64,000 nucleotides of DNA from Mustelus asterias (GCF_964213995.1 NC_135806.1:85684001-85748000), one strand, 5' to 3'. Counted from the stretch's first letter, positions 37,987 to 51,105 are shown. Numbers and translations: made by a program. Notes: generated from the letters alone by a model not told the origin.

Positions 37987-40417
37987 CCTTTATTGTACAT
38001 GTTTTTTGTATATTAAATTGAATCTGTCACTTGCCCACCCATTCCACCAACCTATATCCTTTTGAAGTTCTGCACTATTCCCCTCATAGTTCATAATGTT
38101 TCCAAGTTTTCTATCACCGACAAATTTCAAAATTGTGCTCTGTACAAAGGTCTAGGCCATTAATATACATGAGGAAGAACAGCGTGCTAACACTGGCCTC
38201 TAGAGAACTTCATTACAAACCTTCCTCCAGTCCAAAACCATCTATTAACTACTACTCTTATGTTTCCTGTCACTCAGCCAATTTTGGGTACACATTGCTA
38301 GTGTCCCTCTTATTCCATGAGTTATAACATTTCTCACATGTCTATTGTGTGACACTTTTAGAAGTCCACATATATGTCAACAGAATTATCTTCGTCTACA
38401 CTCCATTACCTCATCAAAAAACTCAACTAGGTTAGTTAAACACTATTTGCCCCAAACTAATCCAAATGGGTATGCTTCTGCTAACCTACATTTGCCCAAG
38501 GCAAATTAGTTTTGACCTAAATGATTGTTTCTAGAAGTTTCCCCACCATTAAAGTTAAACTGACTGATCGGTAATTGCTGGGCTCATTTTTACACACTTT
38601 TTTTGAATAACGTGTGACATTACAAATCAAATCAAATTTGCAGGTTCTCCAGTTGTCTGGCACCACCCGATTCTAAGGAAGACTGTGCCTCCTCAGTTTT
38701 CACACACACTTGCTGGAATGAGTGCAGCTCCAAAAACACAAGATAATCAACACCATCAGGACAAAGTAGCCCACTGATAGCTACCTCTTCCAAAAACACT
38801 TAATCCCTCCACCAACGGTGAATAGTGGCAACTGTGTTAGGCAGCACTTTCTAAACCCACAACCACTACATATAGAACAAGAACAGCAGATACATGGGAG
38901 CATCATCACCTGAAGGTTCCCCTCCAAGTCACTAGCCATCCTGCCTTGCAGATATATTGCTGTTCCTTCACTGTCGCTGGGTCAAAAACCCTGGAATACC
39001 CTCCCTAACAGCACTGTGGGTGTACTTACACCTCAGAGACTGCAACAGTTCAAGAAGGCAGCTCACCATCACCTTCTGAAGGGCAACTGCGGCTGGGCAA
39101 TAAAGGCTGGCCAGTGATGCGCACATCCCATAATGAATAAAAAATAAACTTACCTCAGTATCCTTGGATATATGTCATCTTATTAAATCTAAGTAGTGAC
39201 AGCCTATCTAATACCGCATTTCAATTTCAAACCCTTCAAGTGTCTGAATGACCCCTCCTCTCACCATGACCTACACAGCATCTTGTTCCTTGGCATAGAC
39301 AATTAATAGCAACTGCCCCTCCCACCCGCCATCCTCGATGCTTAAATCCCCTTTTTGGTCCTTCCTTTTATCAATCTTTTATTATTTATATGGCTATAGA
39401 AGGCTTTGGGATTCCCTTTGATGTTAGCTACCAGGCTCTTCTTATACTCTGTCATTGCTTTTCCTATTTGCTTTTTCACTTCCCCTCTGAACCTTCTATA
39501 TACATCCATACATTATATTCAGTTTGGTTTTTGGTTGTATTATCCATCTGACATCTTGTCACAAACACACTTTTTCTCCATCTTAATCTCTATCTCTTCC
39601 ACAGAGACATAGAAAAAAGGAGCAGAAGGAGGCCATTTGGCCCTTCAAGCCTGCTTTGCCATTCATTATGATCATTGCTGATCATCCATCATCCAGGCCC
39701 AGGGAGCTCTGAATTTTTTTGCCCTACCTCTCCCCTTCATGGAAATATACCTAGACTCTGCCCAACTTTCTCTTCAATTACTGTTTTGTCTGCTGACCTT
39801 TCATTCCAATTTATCTGATCCAGATTAATTCTTATCCCACTTAAGGTGGCTTTCCTCCAGTGAATTATTCTTAGTCTGGATTGTTTTTCTTTTCTTTTTC
39901 CATTGCAAGCCTTATGATACAATGATCATTGTTCTCGAAATGCTCTCATACTCAAAAACCTGACCCCTTGGCCCACCGCATCCCTAAGAACCCAAGTTCA
40001 ACAGTGTCTCCTTTCCCATTGAACTGGAAACATACAGCTGTAGAAAATGTTTCTGATCACACTCTAGGAATTCTTGCCCTTCACTGCTCTTTATGCTATG
40101 CTTTTATTACCCCAATCTATATCTGAATAATTAAAAAGCCCCATTATAACTACACTACAATGCTTGCATTCTCTGTAATTTCCTTGCAGATTTGTTCCCC
40201 TACATCCTTTCCATTAGTTGGTAGCTTATAGATTACACTGAGCAATGTAACTGCACCATTATTGTTCCTTAGCTCCAGCCAGATAGATTCTGTCCTTGAT
40301 CCCTCTGGGGCATCCTCTCTCTCCTGCACTACAATATCCTCCTTAATCAACACTGCTGCCACTCCCACTCCTCTCCCTTTCCTATCTTTCCTGAACATCC
40401 TTATATTATTTCATCCT

Positions 40418-40888
40418 TATGAAAGAGGAATACCAGGGTGCATAGATTATTGGGAGAGGCAGATAGCAATAGAGTAGGAAATATTAAATTATTAGGTGGG
40501 TTCAGAGTAAGGGATAACGTAATAATGTCTAAATTAGGGTTAATGTGTCACAACACCAGGTTAAAGTCCAACAGTTTATTTGGAATCAGAAGCTTTAGGA
40601 GTGCTGCTCCTTCATCAGGCGATGGCACAGATTGGCATATTTAATATGCAGTCCTGCCTTTCAGTCATGTATGTTATAGCCACAGCATCATATCTTCACA
40701 TAGCAATCTGTGCCAGTAACTCAGTCTTATTTACCATACTCCATATATCCACATATGTGCACATTAACCCTAATTTAGACATTATTATGTACCGCTTTCT
40801 CTGAACCTACCTAATAATTTAATATTTCCTACTCTAGTGCTATCTGCCTCTCCCAGTAATCTATGCACCTTGGTATTCCTCTTTCATA
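40418..40888. repeat. Unclassified element with 130-bp inverted repeats enclosing a Penelope-like fragment
   Basis: 40418-40547 is the reverse complement of 40760-40888 with roughly ten differences; Penelope end fragment at 40548-40619. Confidence 0.8.
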
Positions 40889-42351
40889 TGACCTCCTTGT
40901 TCCCACAACCCTGCCCTTATGTTTAAATCCTCCCCAATAGCACGAGCAAATCATCTCTCAAGGAAATCAGTCCCGTTTCTGTCTGTTTACATGCAACCAG
41001 TCAGACCTTTACAGATCCCAGAGCTGGAAAAAATGACCCAGGAATCTAAAACCTTCCTTCCTGCACCATCTTTCCAACCATGCATTCTACTTATCTGCAT
41101 GTGGAACTAGATATAATCCAGAAATGACCACTTTTGAGGTCCATTTTGCAAATTCTTTACCTAGCTCTCACATTCCTCTTTTTGTCTGTCTTTGGAACCA
41201 ATGTGGACCATGACCACTGGCTTTTCACCCTCCCCCCATAGTGCTTTGCAATCTATGACATCCTTGACCCTGACACCAGGGAGGCAGCACAGCATCCTGA
41301 TTCAGCCGTGGTGCCATGGACTTGGCTCTGACTGCACTCCCCAGATGAACCGCCAATTTCATCAGTATTCAAAACTGAATACCGGTTGGAGAGCGAAATG
41401 CTCCCAGGGGACTCCTGCACTACATGCCTATTTTTCTTGACTTTCTGGTGGTCACACATACCCATTGTCCTTGCATATTCTTAAACTGCAGGGTGATGTC
41501 GTCTATAAACATGCTTTCCATAAAGTTCTCATCCTTACCGATGCACCGCAATGAAGCCAGCTGCTGTTCAAGCTCTGAAACCCAGAGCTCAAGCTACTGC
41601 AACTTACTACACTTCCTGCACATATGGTTAACCAGGGCATCTGCAGAATCTTGGAATTGAAGGCACGTTATTGACCCAGCTAAGAAACTGATTAAATAGT
41701 AGGAAACAGGCAGTAGGGTTTTACTAGTGGTGTCCCACAGGGATCTTTCTTAGGGCCTCAACTAGTCACCATATTTATTGACAACTTGGATGATAGAAAA
41801 GAAAACCATATATTAAGTTTTCCAATGATACAAAGATAAGCAGCATTGTAAGTAGTATTGCTGAAAGCAAAAATAAAATACAACATACTAATAAATTAAG
41901 TGAATGGGCAAAACTAATGGGCAAATAACTTTCAAAATAGCCAAATGTGAAGTCATCTACTTTGGACCTGAAAGGGATAGATCAGAATACTCTCTAAATG
42001 ATGAAAAGCTGGAAACAGCAATGCTCCAAATAGCTTTTTGGGCCTATAGATCATTAAAATGTCATGGACAAGAACAGAAAACAATCAAAAAATCTCATGG
42101 AACGCTGGTCTTTATGTCTAGACAATCAAAATACAAGAGAATATGTTTTAGGCTACAGCAATACAAAGTCAAAGTGAAATACTACCTAGAGAATAGACTG
42201 GCCTTGGTGGAAGTGCAGTGTATATTTACCAGAATAATAACTGGAGTCCAAGGATTAAATTACGAGAAGAGATTACATGAACAAGAGCTGTATTCCCCAT
42301 TCAGTCTGGAAGGTTGTGAAGTGTATTTTCTATTCAGTCCATAGGTATGAC

Positions 42352-43167
42352 CTCAAACTTCCCCAATCATTTTAATTCTTCACCTTGCGCTTACATTGAA
42401 CTCTGTCCTTGGTCTCCTACACTGCTGCAATGAAGCTCAACATACACTTGAGGAACAACACCTCATCTTTCAATTAGGAACATGACAGCTTGTGGACTCT
42501 GAGTTCAACAGTTTCAGACCACTAACTCGTAGAATCATAGAAACCCTACAGTGCAGAAAGAGGCCATTTGGCCCATCGAGTCTGCACCAACCACAATCCC
42601 ACCCAGGCCCCACCCCACATATTTACCCGCTAATCCCTCTAACCTACGTATCTCAGGACACTAAGGGGCAATTTTTAGCATGGCCAATCAACCTAACCCG
42701 CACATCTTTGGACTATGGGAGGAAACCGGAGCACACGGAGGAAACCCAGGCAGACACGAGGAGAATGTGCGAACTCCATACAGACAGTGACCCAAGCCAG
42801 GAATCGAACCCAGGTCCCTGGAGCTGTGAAGCAGCAGTGCTAACCACTGTGCTACCGTACCGCCCGTTTCCCCAAAAACTCTTTCCCTGTTTTGTTTCTT
42901 TTGCTTGTTTTGTCTTTTTTTCATCTAATTTCTATTTTTAGTCAGTCGCACACCAGCTCTTTCACTTTTTTGCTTATTTTGTTGATCAACCTCTATTTCC
43001 TTTGGCCTTGAAAGACTTCTGACCTCTTCTGTCATTCATTCAATCTCTCATCTTTCAACCTATCATCGGCCTTCCTTTTGTCCTAGGCTCAGCCAACCTT
43101 TGTGGAAAACTTAGTACATTTATAACTTTTCCCAATTCTGACGAAAGGTCACAGAGCTGAAACATCA
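42352..43167 (+). mobile_element. Penelope-like element 3' fragment (second family), split by a SINE
   Basis: Degenerate HFNS...SVLGLLHCCNEAQHTLEEQHLIFQLGT C-terminus; terminal CTGACGA-AAGGTC-ACA-GAGCT-GAAAC motif at 43138-43163. Confidence 0.7.
42530..42866 (-). mobile_element. HE1-like V-SINE
   Basis: Very similar to the 929-1272 copy; inserted in a Penelope fragment. Confidence 0.88.
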
Positions 43168-46100
43168 GATGGGATTTTCTGGCCCCAACACCTGCCAGCA
43201 TCATTGTGGGCAGAACAAGAAAATTCAGAGAGCTGTTAAAGTCAATATCTCTCCGTACAGGAATTGATTCATATGTGAATTGAAAAAAAAATAAGAGAAG
43301 CAAAGAAAGAGTTGCCAACATTAAAGGAAATCCGAAGGTCTTCTCGGCATATGAATTGTAAAGAGTGGGAAAAGGACTAATGGGGCCAATTGGGGGCTTA
43401 AAAGGGGATTTATGCATGGAGGCAGAAGGCATGGTTGAGGTGCTAAATGAGAATTTTCCATCTGTATGTACCAAGGAAGATGCTGCCCATGTCATGTGAA
43501 ATACAACGACCTTAAAATATTTGATGGTTAAAAATTGACCAAAAGTTGGCATTGAATAAACTGACTGGGCCAGAGTCAGACGAAATGCATTCAAGGACAC
43601 AGACGGAATGAAGGATGGAAACTGCAGAGGTACAGGCCATAATTTTCCAGTCTTCCTTACACTGAGAGATGCCAGAGGACTGGAGAATTGCAAATGTTAT
43701 AATCTTGTTCAGAAAAAGGTGTAAAGATAAGCCCAGTAACTAGAGGCCTGTCACTTAAACCTTGGTGGTAGGGAAGTTTTTAAGAAGCGATAATTCAGTA
43801 CAAAATTAACGGTCACTTCAGCAAATGTGGGTTAGTTAAGGAAAGTCTGCATGGATCTGTTAAGGGTAAATGATGATTAACTAACTTGCTTGAGTTTTTT
43901 GATGCGATAAGAGAGGGGTTGGATAAGGATAATGCAGTCGATGTGGTGCACATGGCCTTCCTAAAGGTGTTTGATTAAGTGCCACAAGGCAGAATAGTGG
44001 TGAATAGTTGCTTTTCAGACTGGAGGAAGGTTTACAGTGGTGTTCCGCAGGGGCCGGTGTTAGGACCACTGCTCTTCATGATACGTATTAATCACCTAGA
44101 GGGCGAGGGCACGATTTCAAAATAGGATGCTACAAAAAATGGACAGAGCATTGAACAGGAATTATTGGAGCTTATAACAAAGGAACTGTAATAATTGTGT
44201 GGGACTTTAATCTTCATATAGGCTGGGTTAATCAAATTTGCAAGGGTGGTCTGGAAGATGAGTTTATAAAATGTTTCTGTGACAGTTTCTTGGAGCAATA
44301 TGCTGTGTATGTGACTGCGGATAAAGCTATCTTAAATTCAGTATTGTGTAATGAAGCAAGGTTTTGTAGTAATGTCACAGTAAAAGATCCACTATGCACA
44401 AAATCATAATACCATAATAACATGAATTCCATGTTAAATTTGAAAGTGATAAACTCCCATCACAACCAAGAATCTTAAAACTTAAACAAAGCAAATTACA
44501 TAGGCATGATGGGAGAACAGGCTAAAGTTGGTTGGGTAAATAGACTTAAAAGGTATGGAGATAAATGAACAGTCGGAAACCTTCAAGTAAACAATTCAAA
44601 ATGTTCAACAAAATACATTGCCTTGAAAAAAAGTCCATAAGAAAGACCCATCTGTGGCTTACAGAAGTATTTATGGATAGTATTCAATTAAAAGAGATTT
44701 ACCATGTTGCAAAAAACAGTTGCAAGCTTGAGAAGTGGGTGTTTTAGAAGCCAGTAAAGGGCCCAAGAAGTTGATTAAAAAAATGAGAAAATATAATGAG
44801 AGTAAACTAGCTGGAAACACAAGAGATTGCAAGAATTTTGTTTACTGAATAAAAAAGGAAGGCAGTAGCTAAAGTAAATGTTGGACCTTTAGAAGCAAAG
44901 GCTGGATAAATTATCACTAGGGAACAAGGAAATGACAGAGGCATTGAATAAATATTGTGTGTCTGTCTTCACAGTAGAAGACACAAGTTTCATACCAGAA
45001 ATAGACTGTAACCTAGGGGCTAAAAAGAGTGAGGAAATTAAGGAAATTAAAACCAGTAGAGAAAAATAATTGGATGAAATTGAGCGACTAAAATCTGACA
45101 ACTCCCTGAGACCTGATAGTTTACGCCCTAGGATTCTGAAAGACATAGCTACAGAGATAATGATAAGCTAGCTATTATTTCCAAAATTCCTTAGATTCAG
45201 GAAAGGTCTCACTAGACTGGAAATTGGCAAATGTCACACTGCTTTTCACAAGCGGGGACGGGGCAACAAGTCAGTTAGTTTAATATCAGTTGTTGGGAAA
45301 ATGCTGGAATGTATTATTCAGGAAGTCTTAACAATGCACTTAGAAAAGTCAACATGGTTTTCCTAAAGGGAAGTCCTGTTTGGCAACTTGAGTTTTTTTG
45401 AGCATGTATCAATTAGGATAAATTTAGGGGACAAAGTAGATGTAATATACCTAGATTTCAAAAGGCACTAATTAAGATGCCACTCAAAAGATTAATAGGC
45501 AACATTAGGAGTTGGGGGTAATATATTAGCATGGATGGAGGATTAGTTAACGGAAAGCAGAGTGTGGCATGAACTGAGCTTTTTAAATTGGCAAGCAGTG
45601 AATAGAGGAGTGCCTCAAGGATAAGTGCTGGGACATCAGCTATTTACAATCTATATTAATGACTTATTGAAGAAATAGAGAATAAAGTATCTAATTTTGC
45701 TGATGATACGTCAAGGTAGCTGGAAAGATAAGCTGTAGAGCTGTCACAGAAGGCTGCAAGCAGATATACACAGGTTAAGTGAGAGGACAACAAGATGGCA
45801 GAAGGAGCATTATGTAGGGAAGTGTGAGGTTATTCACTTTGATAGTAAAAATAGAAAAGCAGAATATTTTTTAAAAGGTGTAAAACTTGTAAATGTTAAT
45901 GGTCATTGTGCATGCTCATACAAAGAATACAGAAAGCTGGCATGCAAATTCAACAAGCAATTGAGGCGGCAAACAGCAAAGTTGGCCTTTATCATAAGGG
46001 GATTGGAGCACAATAATGAATAAGTCTTGCTACAATTGCACAAAGTTTTGATGAGACCAAATGTGGAATAATGTGTGCAGTTTTGGCTTTTATATTTAAG

Positions 46101-46693
46101 AAAGGATATACTTGCATTGGAAGCATTGCACCTAAGATTCACTAAATTGGACCCTGGGGTGAAACGTTGTCCTATGATGAGAGGCTGAGTAAATTGGGCT
46201 CATATTTGCTGGGGTTTAGAAGGATTAGAACAGACCTCAATGAAAGCTACAACAATCTGAAGGAGCTGAGATGAGGAACTTCCAGTTACATAGTGAGACT
46301 GAAGAAGCTGGGACTGTATTCCTTGAAGAAAGTTGAGGAGATTTGGCAGAGGTATTCAAAATCATAAATACCTCTGGACAGAGTAAATGAGAGAAATTGT
46401 TCTTATTGGTGGAAGGATTGAGAATCAGAGGACCAATTCAAGGTGATTGGCAAAAGCACCAATGGTGCATGAGGAAAAACTTATTTATGAAGCAAGTGGT
46501 TCAAATATAGAATATACTGTCTCAATATGTGGTGCAAACAGATTCAATTGTGGTTTTCAAGAGAGTTAAGGGTTTGGCTAAGAACAGTCAATGACACAAT
46601 ACACAGATTTTTATTTTAAAATCATGTTTACAAAAATGTGCATTAATTAGTCCTCAGGTGAAATCCATGTGGCATTGCATAGTCGATAGTCAT

Positions 46694-47185
46694 GATGTGG
46701 AGATGCCGGCATTGTAGGCACAGTAAGTCGTCTCACAACACCAGGCTAAAGTCCAACAGGTTTATTTGGTAGCACAAGCTTTCGGAGTGCTGCTCCTTCA
46801 TCAGGTGAGTAAAGAGTTGGGTTCACAAACAGGGTACATATAGGCACAGACTCAATTTACAAGATAATGGTTGGAATGTGAGTCTTAACAGGCAATCAGG
46901 TCTTTACCTGAGCTGGGCTTGCAAAATCTCACTAACTGTCCTGGTTTGAGACAATTTACACCTCTGTAACCTGTGCTTAACCCTCTCTCCACATCTGTAC
47001 CTGTAAAGACCTGATTACCTATTAAGACTCGCATTCCAACCATTATCTTGTAAATTGAGTCTGTGCCTATATGTCCCGTTTGTGAACCCAACTCTTCACT
47101 CACCTGAAGGAGGAGCAGCGCACCGAAAGCTTGTGCTACCAAACAAACCTGTTGGACTTTAACCTGGAGTTGTGAGACTTCTACT
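46694..47185 (+). mobile_element. Penelope-like insertion with inverted pseudo-LTRs of about 190 bp and a spacer of about 95 bp
   Basis: Arms about 46720-46907 and 47003-47185; hammerhead motifs at 46772-46808 (-) and 47100-47136 (+, core mutated); TSD ATAGTCGATAGTCAT / ATAGTTGATAGTGAT; orientation call is tentative. Confidence 0.8.
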
Positions 47186-47806
47186 ATAGTTGATAGTGAT
47201 ATTGAAAAAATTAACTTCTGAGGGCTAGATTGTTTTAAATTCAAGGGATGTGGGCTTCACTGGCTGGGCCAGCATTCATTGCCCATTCAATTTATACATT
47301 GAAGGAGGCCAAAACACTCCTTGGAATAGGGTCTCAGTGGAATAAATCTGAATTGTGGGCCCTAAACAGTTACTCCAATGCAGTTTGCTTGTTGAGGACT
47401 TACCACATACAAATAAAACAAATAGGTCTGGGGTTTGGGAGGCCAGAGAAGTACTCCTGTTCCCCTTCTAATTCCACTAAGTTTTGCTTCTGGATGTATT
47501 GATCAACACGACTGCTGACCATCTCCAATTACAATACATTTACACGTTTTTAATGATTTTAGGGAATCAATTTGCAAATTATTTTAGAAACCACCAGGGA
47601 CTTATGTAATTTTGGATGGAGTATCAACTGTGGACATTTCCACAATTCAGTCAGGTTGCTTTCAATCTCTGAAAAACTGAGCCATATTCACCTTTAACAT
47701 ATCCATGGTTATCTTAAATACTTTCTGGACCAATCCATCACTAATGCCTTATAACAGCTATATGACAGTGCCTTCAGCAGTTTCCTACTGGTGGTCATTA
47801 CTCTTC

Positions 47807-48162
47807 AGAATCATAGAACCCCTACAGTGCCAGAAGCGGCCATTTGACCAATCGAGTCCACAACGACTCTCCAAAAGAGCATCCTTACCCAGGCCTACCC
47901 CCCCTGGCCCTATCCCTGTAACCCCGCACACTTACCATGGTTAATCCACTTAACCTACAATTCTTTGGACACTAAGGGGCAATTTCGCCAATCCACCTAA
48001 CCCGCACATCTTTGGACTGTGGGAGGAAACAGGAGCACCTGGAGGAAACCCACGCAGACACGAGAAGATGCAGACTCCACATAGTCACCCAAGGCTGGAA
48101 TAAAATCCGGGTCCCTGGTACTGTGAGGCAGCTGTACTAACTATTGTGCCACCATGCTGCCC
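47807..48162 (-). mobile_element. HE1-like V-SINE
   Basis: Family sequence. Confidence 0.85.
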
Positions 48163-49154
48163 AATGTTGATACAAGCAGCAGTGTTCCATACATGCTGAA
48201 AAGATTGCTGCATTTACTGAATAAGCACTGAATCTAGTCAAATAAGAGATCAAATGCTTCAGTGGTCTAGATTCCCAGTTAAAGATAGGGTCATGGCGAT
48301 TGTAATTAGCTACCAGTATGCTGATAATCAGCATATTACTTGGGCTTTAAAAATAATTCATGGTTTGGGAAAATGCCTTTTGAATAACCAATGCGAAATG
48401 CTGACAGCAAATCAGAAAAAGGGACCAGTCTACGTTTGAAAGAAATGCCTGCTTCCTATGCTTAAATTTATGAAATAAGGTACAATAGGAAAGGGACAAG
48501 TGAAACTCCACCAATAGTTATTAAACCCTCATTTCACTCTCACAATGAGGCTACAATGGATCAAACATGGACAGGTCAATAAGATTATTTTTTAAATATT
48601 CAAGTTGGGATGCCCTTAAACAATTACTGGACCAATAATGCTTAATTTGGTGTATTTATTCCAGGGATGTAGGTGTCACTGGCTAGGCCAGCATTTATTG
48701 CCCATCCACAATTGCCCTCGAGAAGGTAGTGGTGAGCTGCCTTCTCAAACAGCTACAGTCCATGTGATGTAGGTACATCCACAGTGCTGTTAGGGAGGAA
48801 GTTCCAGGATTTTGACCTAGAGACAATGAAGGAAAGGCATATATTTCCAAGTCAGGATGGTGAGTGGCTTGGAAATATATGTGTTGATGTTCCCATGTGT
48901 CTGTCCTTCTATATGGTAGAGGCTATGGGTTTGGAAGATGCTGTCAAAGAGTTGTCAAGAGTTCCTGCAGTGCATCTTGTAGATGGTATACTCTGCTGCC
49001 ACTATGTCTCGGTGGCGGAGGGAATGAATGCTTGTGGATGGAGTATCAATCAATGCTAAAGTCAAACTAAATATAGCTGTTACCAAATGTGCTATTAACC
49101 AGATTATCTTTCAATGATTCATTATTTTTTTGACAAGTTTGTTGTGAGGAGGAA

Positions 49155-49843
49155 ACAAAGTCTTCAAAGATATAGAGATAGGTTAATTGAAGGGCAAAAC
49201 ATTGGCAGATGGAATATGTGGGAAAATGCACGGTTGTCAACGTTGGCAGGAAGGAAAGAAAAGCAGAATATTATTTACTTGGAGCGAGACTAGAGAATGC
49301 TGCAGTACAGAGGAATTTGGGAATCCTTGTACATGAATCACAGAAGATCAGCATGCAGTACAGCAAGTAATTAGGAAGGCAAATGGAAAGTTGGCCGTTA
49401 TTTCAAGGGGTATGGGGTATGAAAGTTGGGAAGTTTTACTACAACTCTACCGGGCATTAGTGAAACCACACCTAGAGTACTGTACAGTTTTGGTTACCTT
49501 ACTTAAGAGGGTACATACTTGAATTGAAAGCAGTTCAGAGAAGGTTCACTAGGCTGATCCCTAGGATAAAAGATTTGTCTTACGAGGACATGTTCAGCAG
49601 ATTGGGCTTATACATGTTAGAGTTGAGAAGAATGAGGGGTGATTTCATTGAAACATAGAAGATTCTGAAAGGGTTTGACCAGGTAGAGAGGATGCTTCCT
49701 CTCATGGGAAAACTAGAATGAGGGCCACAGCTAGACAGATCTTTGACGAGAGAGAGAAGGGTTATGGGCAGGGACATCAGGAATGTGTAATTAAGGCCAA
49801 AATTTGATCAGCCATGATCTAATTGAATGATGGAACAGGCTCA
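49155..49843 (+). mobile_element. CR1 3' fragment; tail continues at about 51106-51141
   Basis: LVKPHLEY and RMRGD.IE motifs; tail split by the Rex1/CR1 nest. Confidence 0.8.
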
Positions 49844-50288
49844 AAAGAAAAGATACAAAAGTCTGAGGTCACGTACCAACTGACTCAAGAACAGCTTCTT
49901 CCCTGCTGCTGTCAGATTTTTCAATGGACCTACCTTGCATTAAGTTGATCTTTCTCTACACCTAGCTATGATTGTAACACTACATTCTGCGCACTCTCGT
50001 TTCCTTCTCTATGAACGGTATGCTTTGTCTATATAGCATGCAAGAAATAATACTTTTCACTGGAACAGGCTCAAAAGAAGATACAAAAGTCTGAGGTCAC
50101 GTACCAACTGACTCAAGAACAGCTTCTTCCCTGCTGCTGTCAGATTTTTCAATGGACCTACCTTGCATTAAGTTGATCTTTCGCTACACCTAGCTATGAT
50201 TGTAACACTACATTCTGCGCACTCTCGTTTCCTTCTCTATGAACGGTATGCTTTGTCTATATAGCATGCAAGAAATAATACTTTTCAC
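49831..50288 (+). repeat. Tandem duplication of about 230 bp
   Basis: 49831-50060 and 50061-50288 are nearly identical. Confidence 0.9.
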
Positions 50289-51105
50289 TGTATGCTGATA
50301 AGAACATAAGAAATAGGAGCAGGAGTAGGCCATCTAGCCCCTCGAGCCTGCCCCGCCATTCAATAAGATCATGGCTGATCTGACGTGGATCAGTACCACT
50401 TACCCGCCTGATCCCCATAACCCTTAATTCCCTTACCGCTCAGGAATCCATCCATCCGCACTTTAAACATATTCAGCGAGGTAGCCTCCACCACCTCAGT
50501 GGGCAGAGAATTCCAGAGATTCACCACCCTCTGGGAGAAGAAGTTCCTCCTCAACTCTGTCTTAAACCGACCCCCCTTTATTTTGAGGCTATGTCCTCTA
50601 GTTTTATCTTCCTTACTAAGTGGAAAGAATCTCTCCGCCTCCACCCTATCCAGCCCCCGCATTATCTTATAAGTCTCCATAAGATCCCCCCTCATCCTTC
50701 TAAACTCCAACGAGTACAAACCCAATCTCCTCAGCCTCTCCTCATAATCCAAACCCCTCATCTCCGGTATCAACCTGGTGAACCTTCTCTGCACTCCCTC
50801 CAATGCCAATATATCCTTCCTCATATAAGGGGACCAATACTGCACACAGTATTCCAGCTGCGGCCTCACCAATGCCCTGTACAGGTGCATCAAGACATCC
50901 CTGCTTTTATATTCTATCCCCCTCGCGATATAGGCCAACATCCCATTTGCCTTCTTGATCACCTGTTGTACCTGCAGACTGGGCTTTTGCGTCTCATGCA
51001 CAAGGACCCCCAGGTCCCTTTGCACGGTAGCATGTTTTAATTGCACGGTAGCATGTTTTAATTGATTATTATCACTGATACATGTGATAATAATAAATCA
51101 AATCA
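49845..51105 (+). mobile_element. Rex1/Babar-type 3' end, tandemly duplicated and split by a CR1
   Basis: TN*LKNSFFPAAVRF.N occurs twice; tail resumes at about 51075-51105 after the CR1. Confidence 0.7.
50300..51063 (-). mobile_element. Young CR1 3' end with an uninterrupted frame of about 215 codons
   Basis: ORF 50390-51046; tail nearly identical to the 13216 copy; CTGATA on both sides; 21-bp duplication at the 5' junction. Confidence 0.95.

Larger units (their letters stand above)
37015..41660 (-). mobile_element. Long fragmented CR1 including ORF1 remnants
   Basis: RT and tail 37015-38690; endonuclease ESIWLELRN...YKLP at 40150-40398; ORF1-like SLSNRYSVL and CRKC..LQ.LE..V.ELEQQL at 41250-41660; interrupted by several insertions. 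Confidence 0.75.
41705..46565 (+). mobile_element. Cluster of degenerate plus-strand CR1 fragments (41705-42320, 43285-44100, 44105-46565)
   Basis: Endonuclease DFN motif; RT motifs YLDF.KA, GVPQG.VLG and FADDT. Confidence 0.8.
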
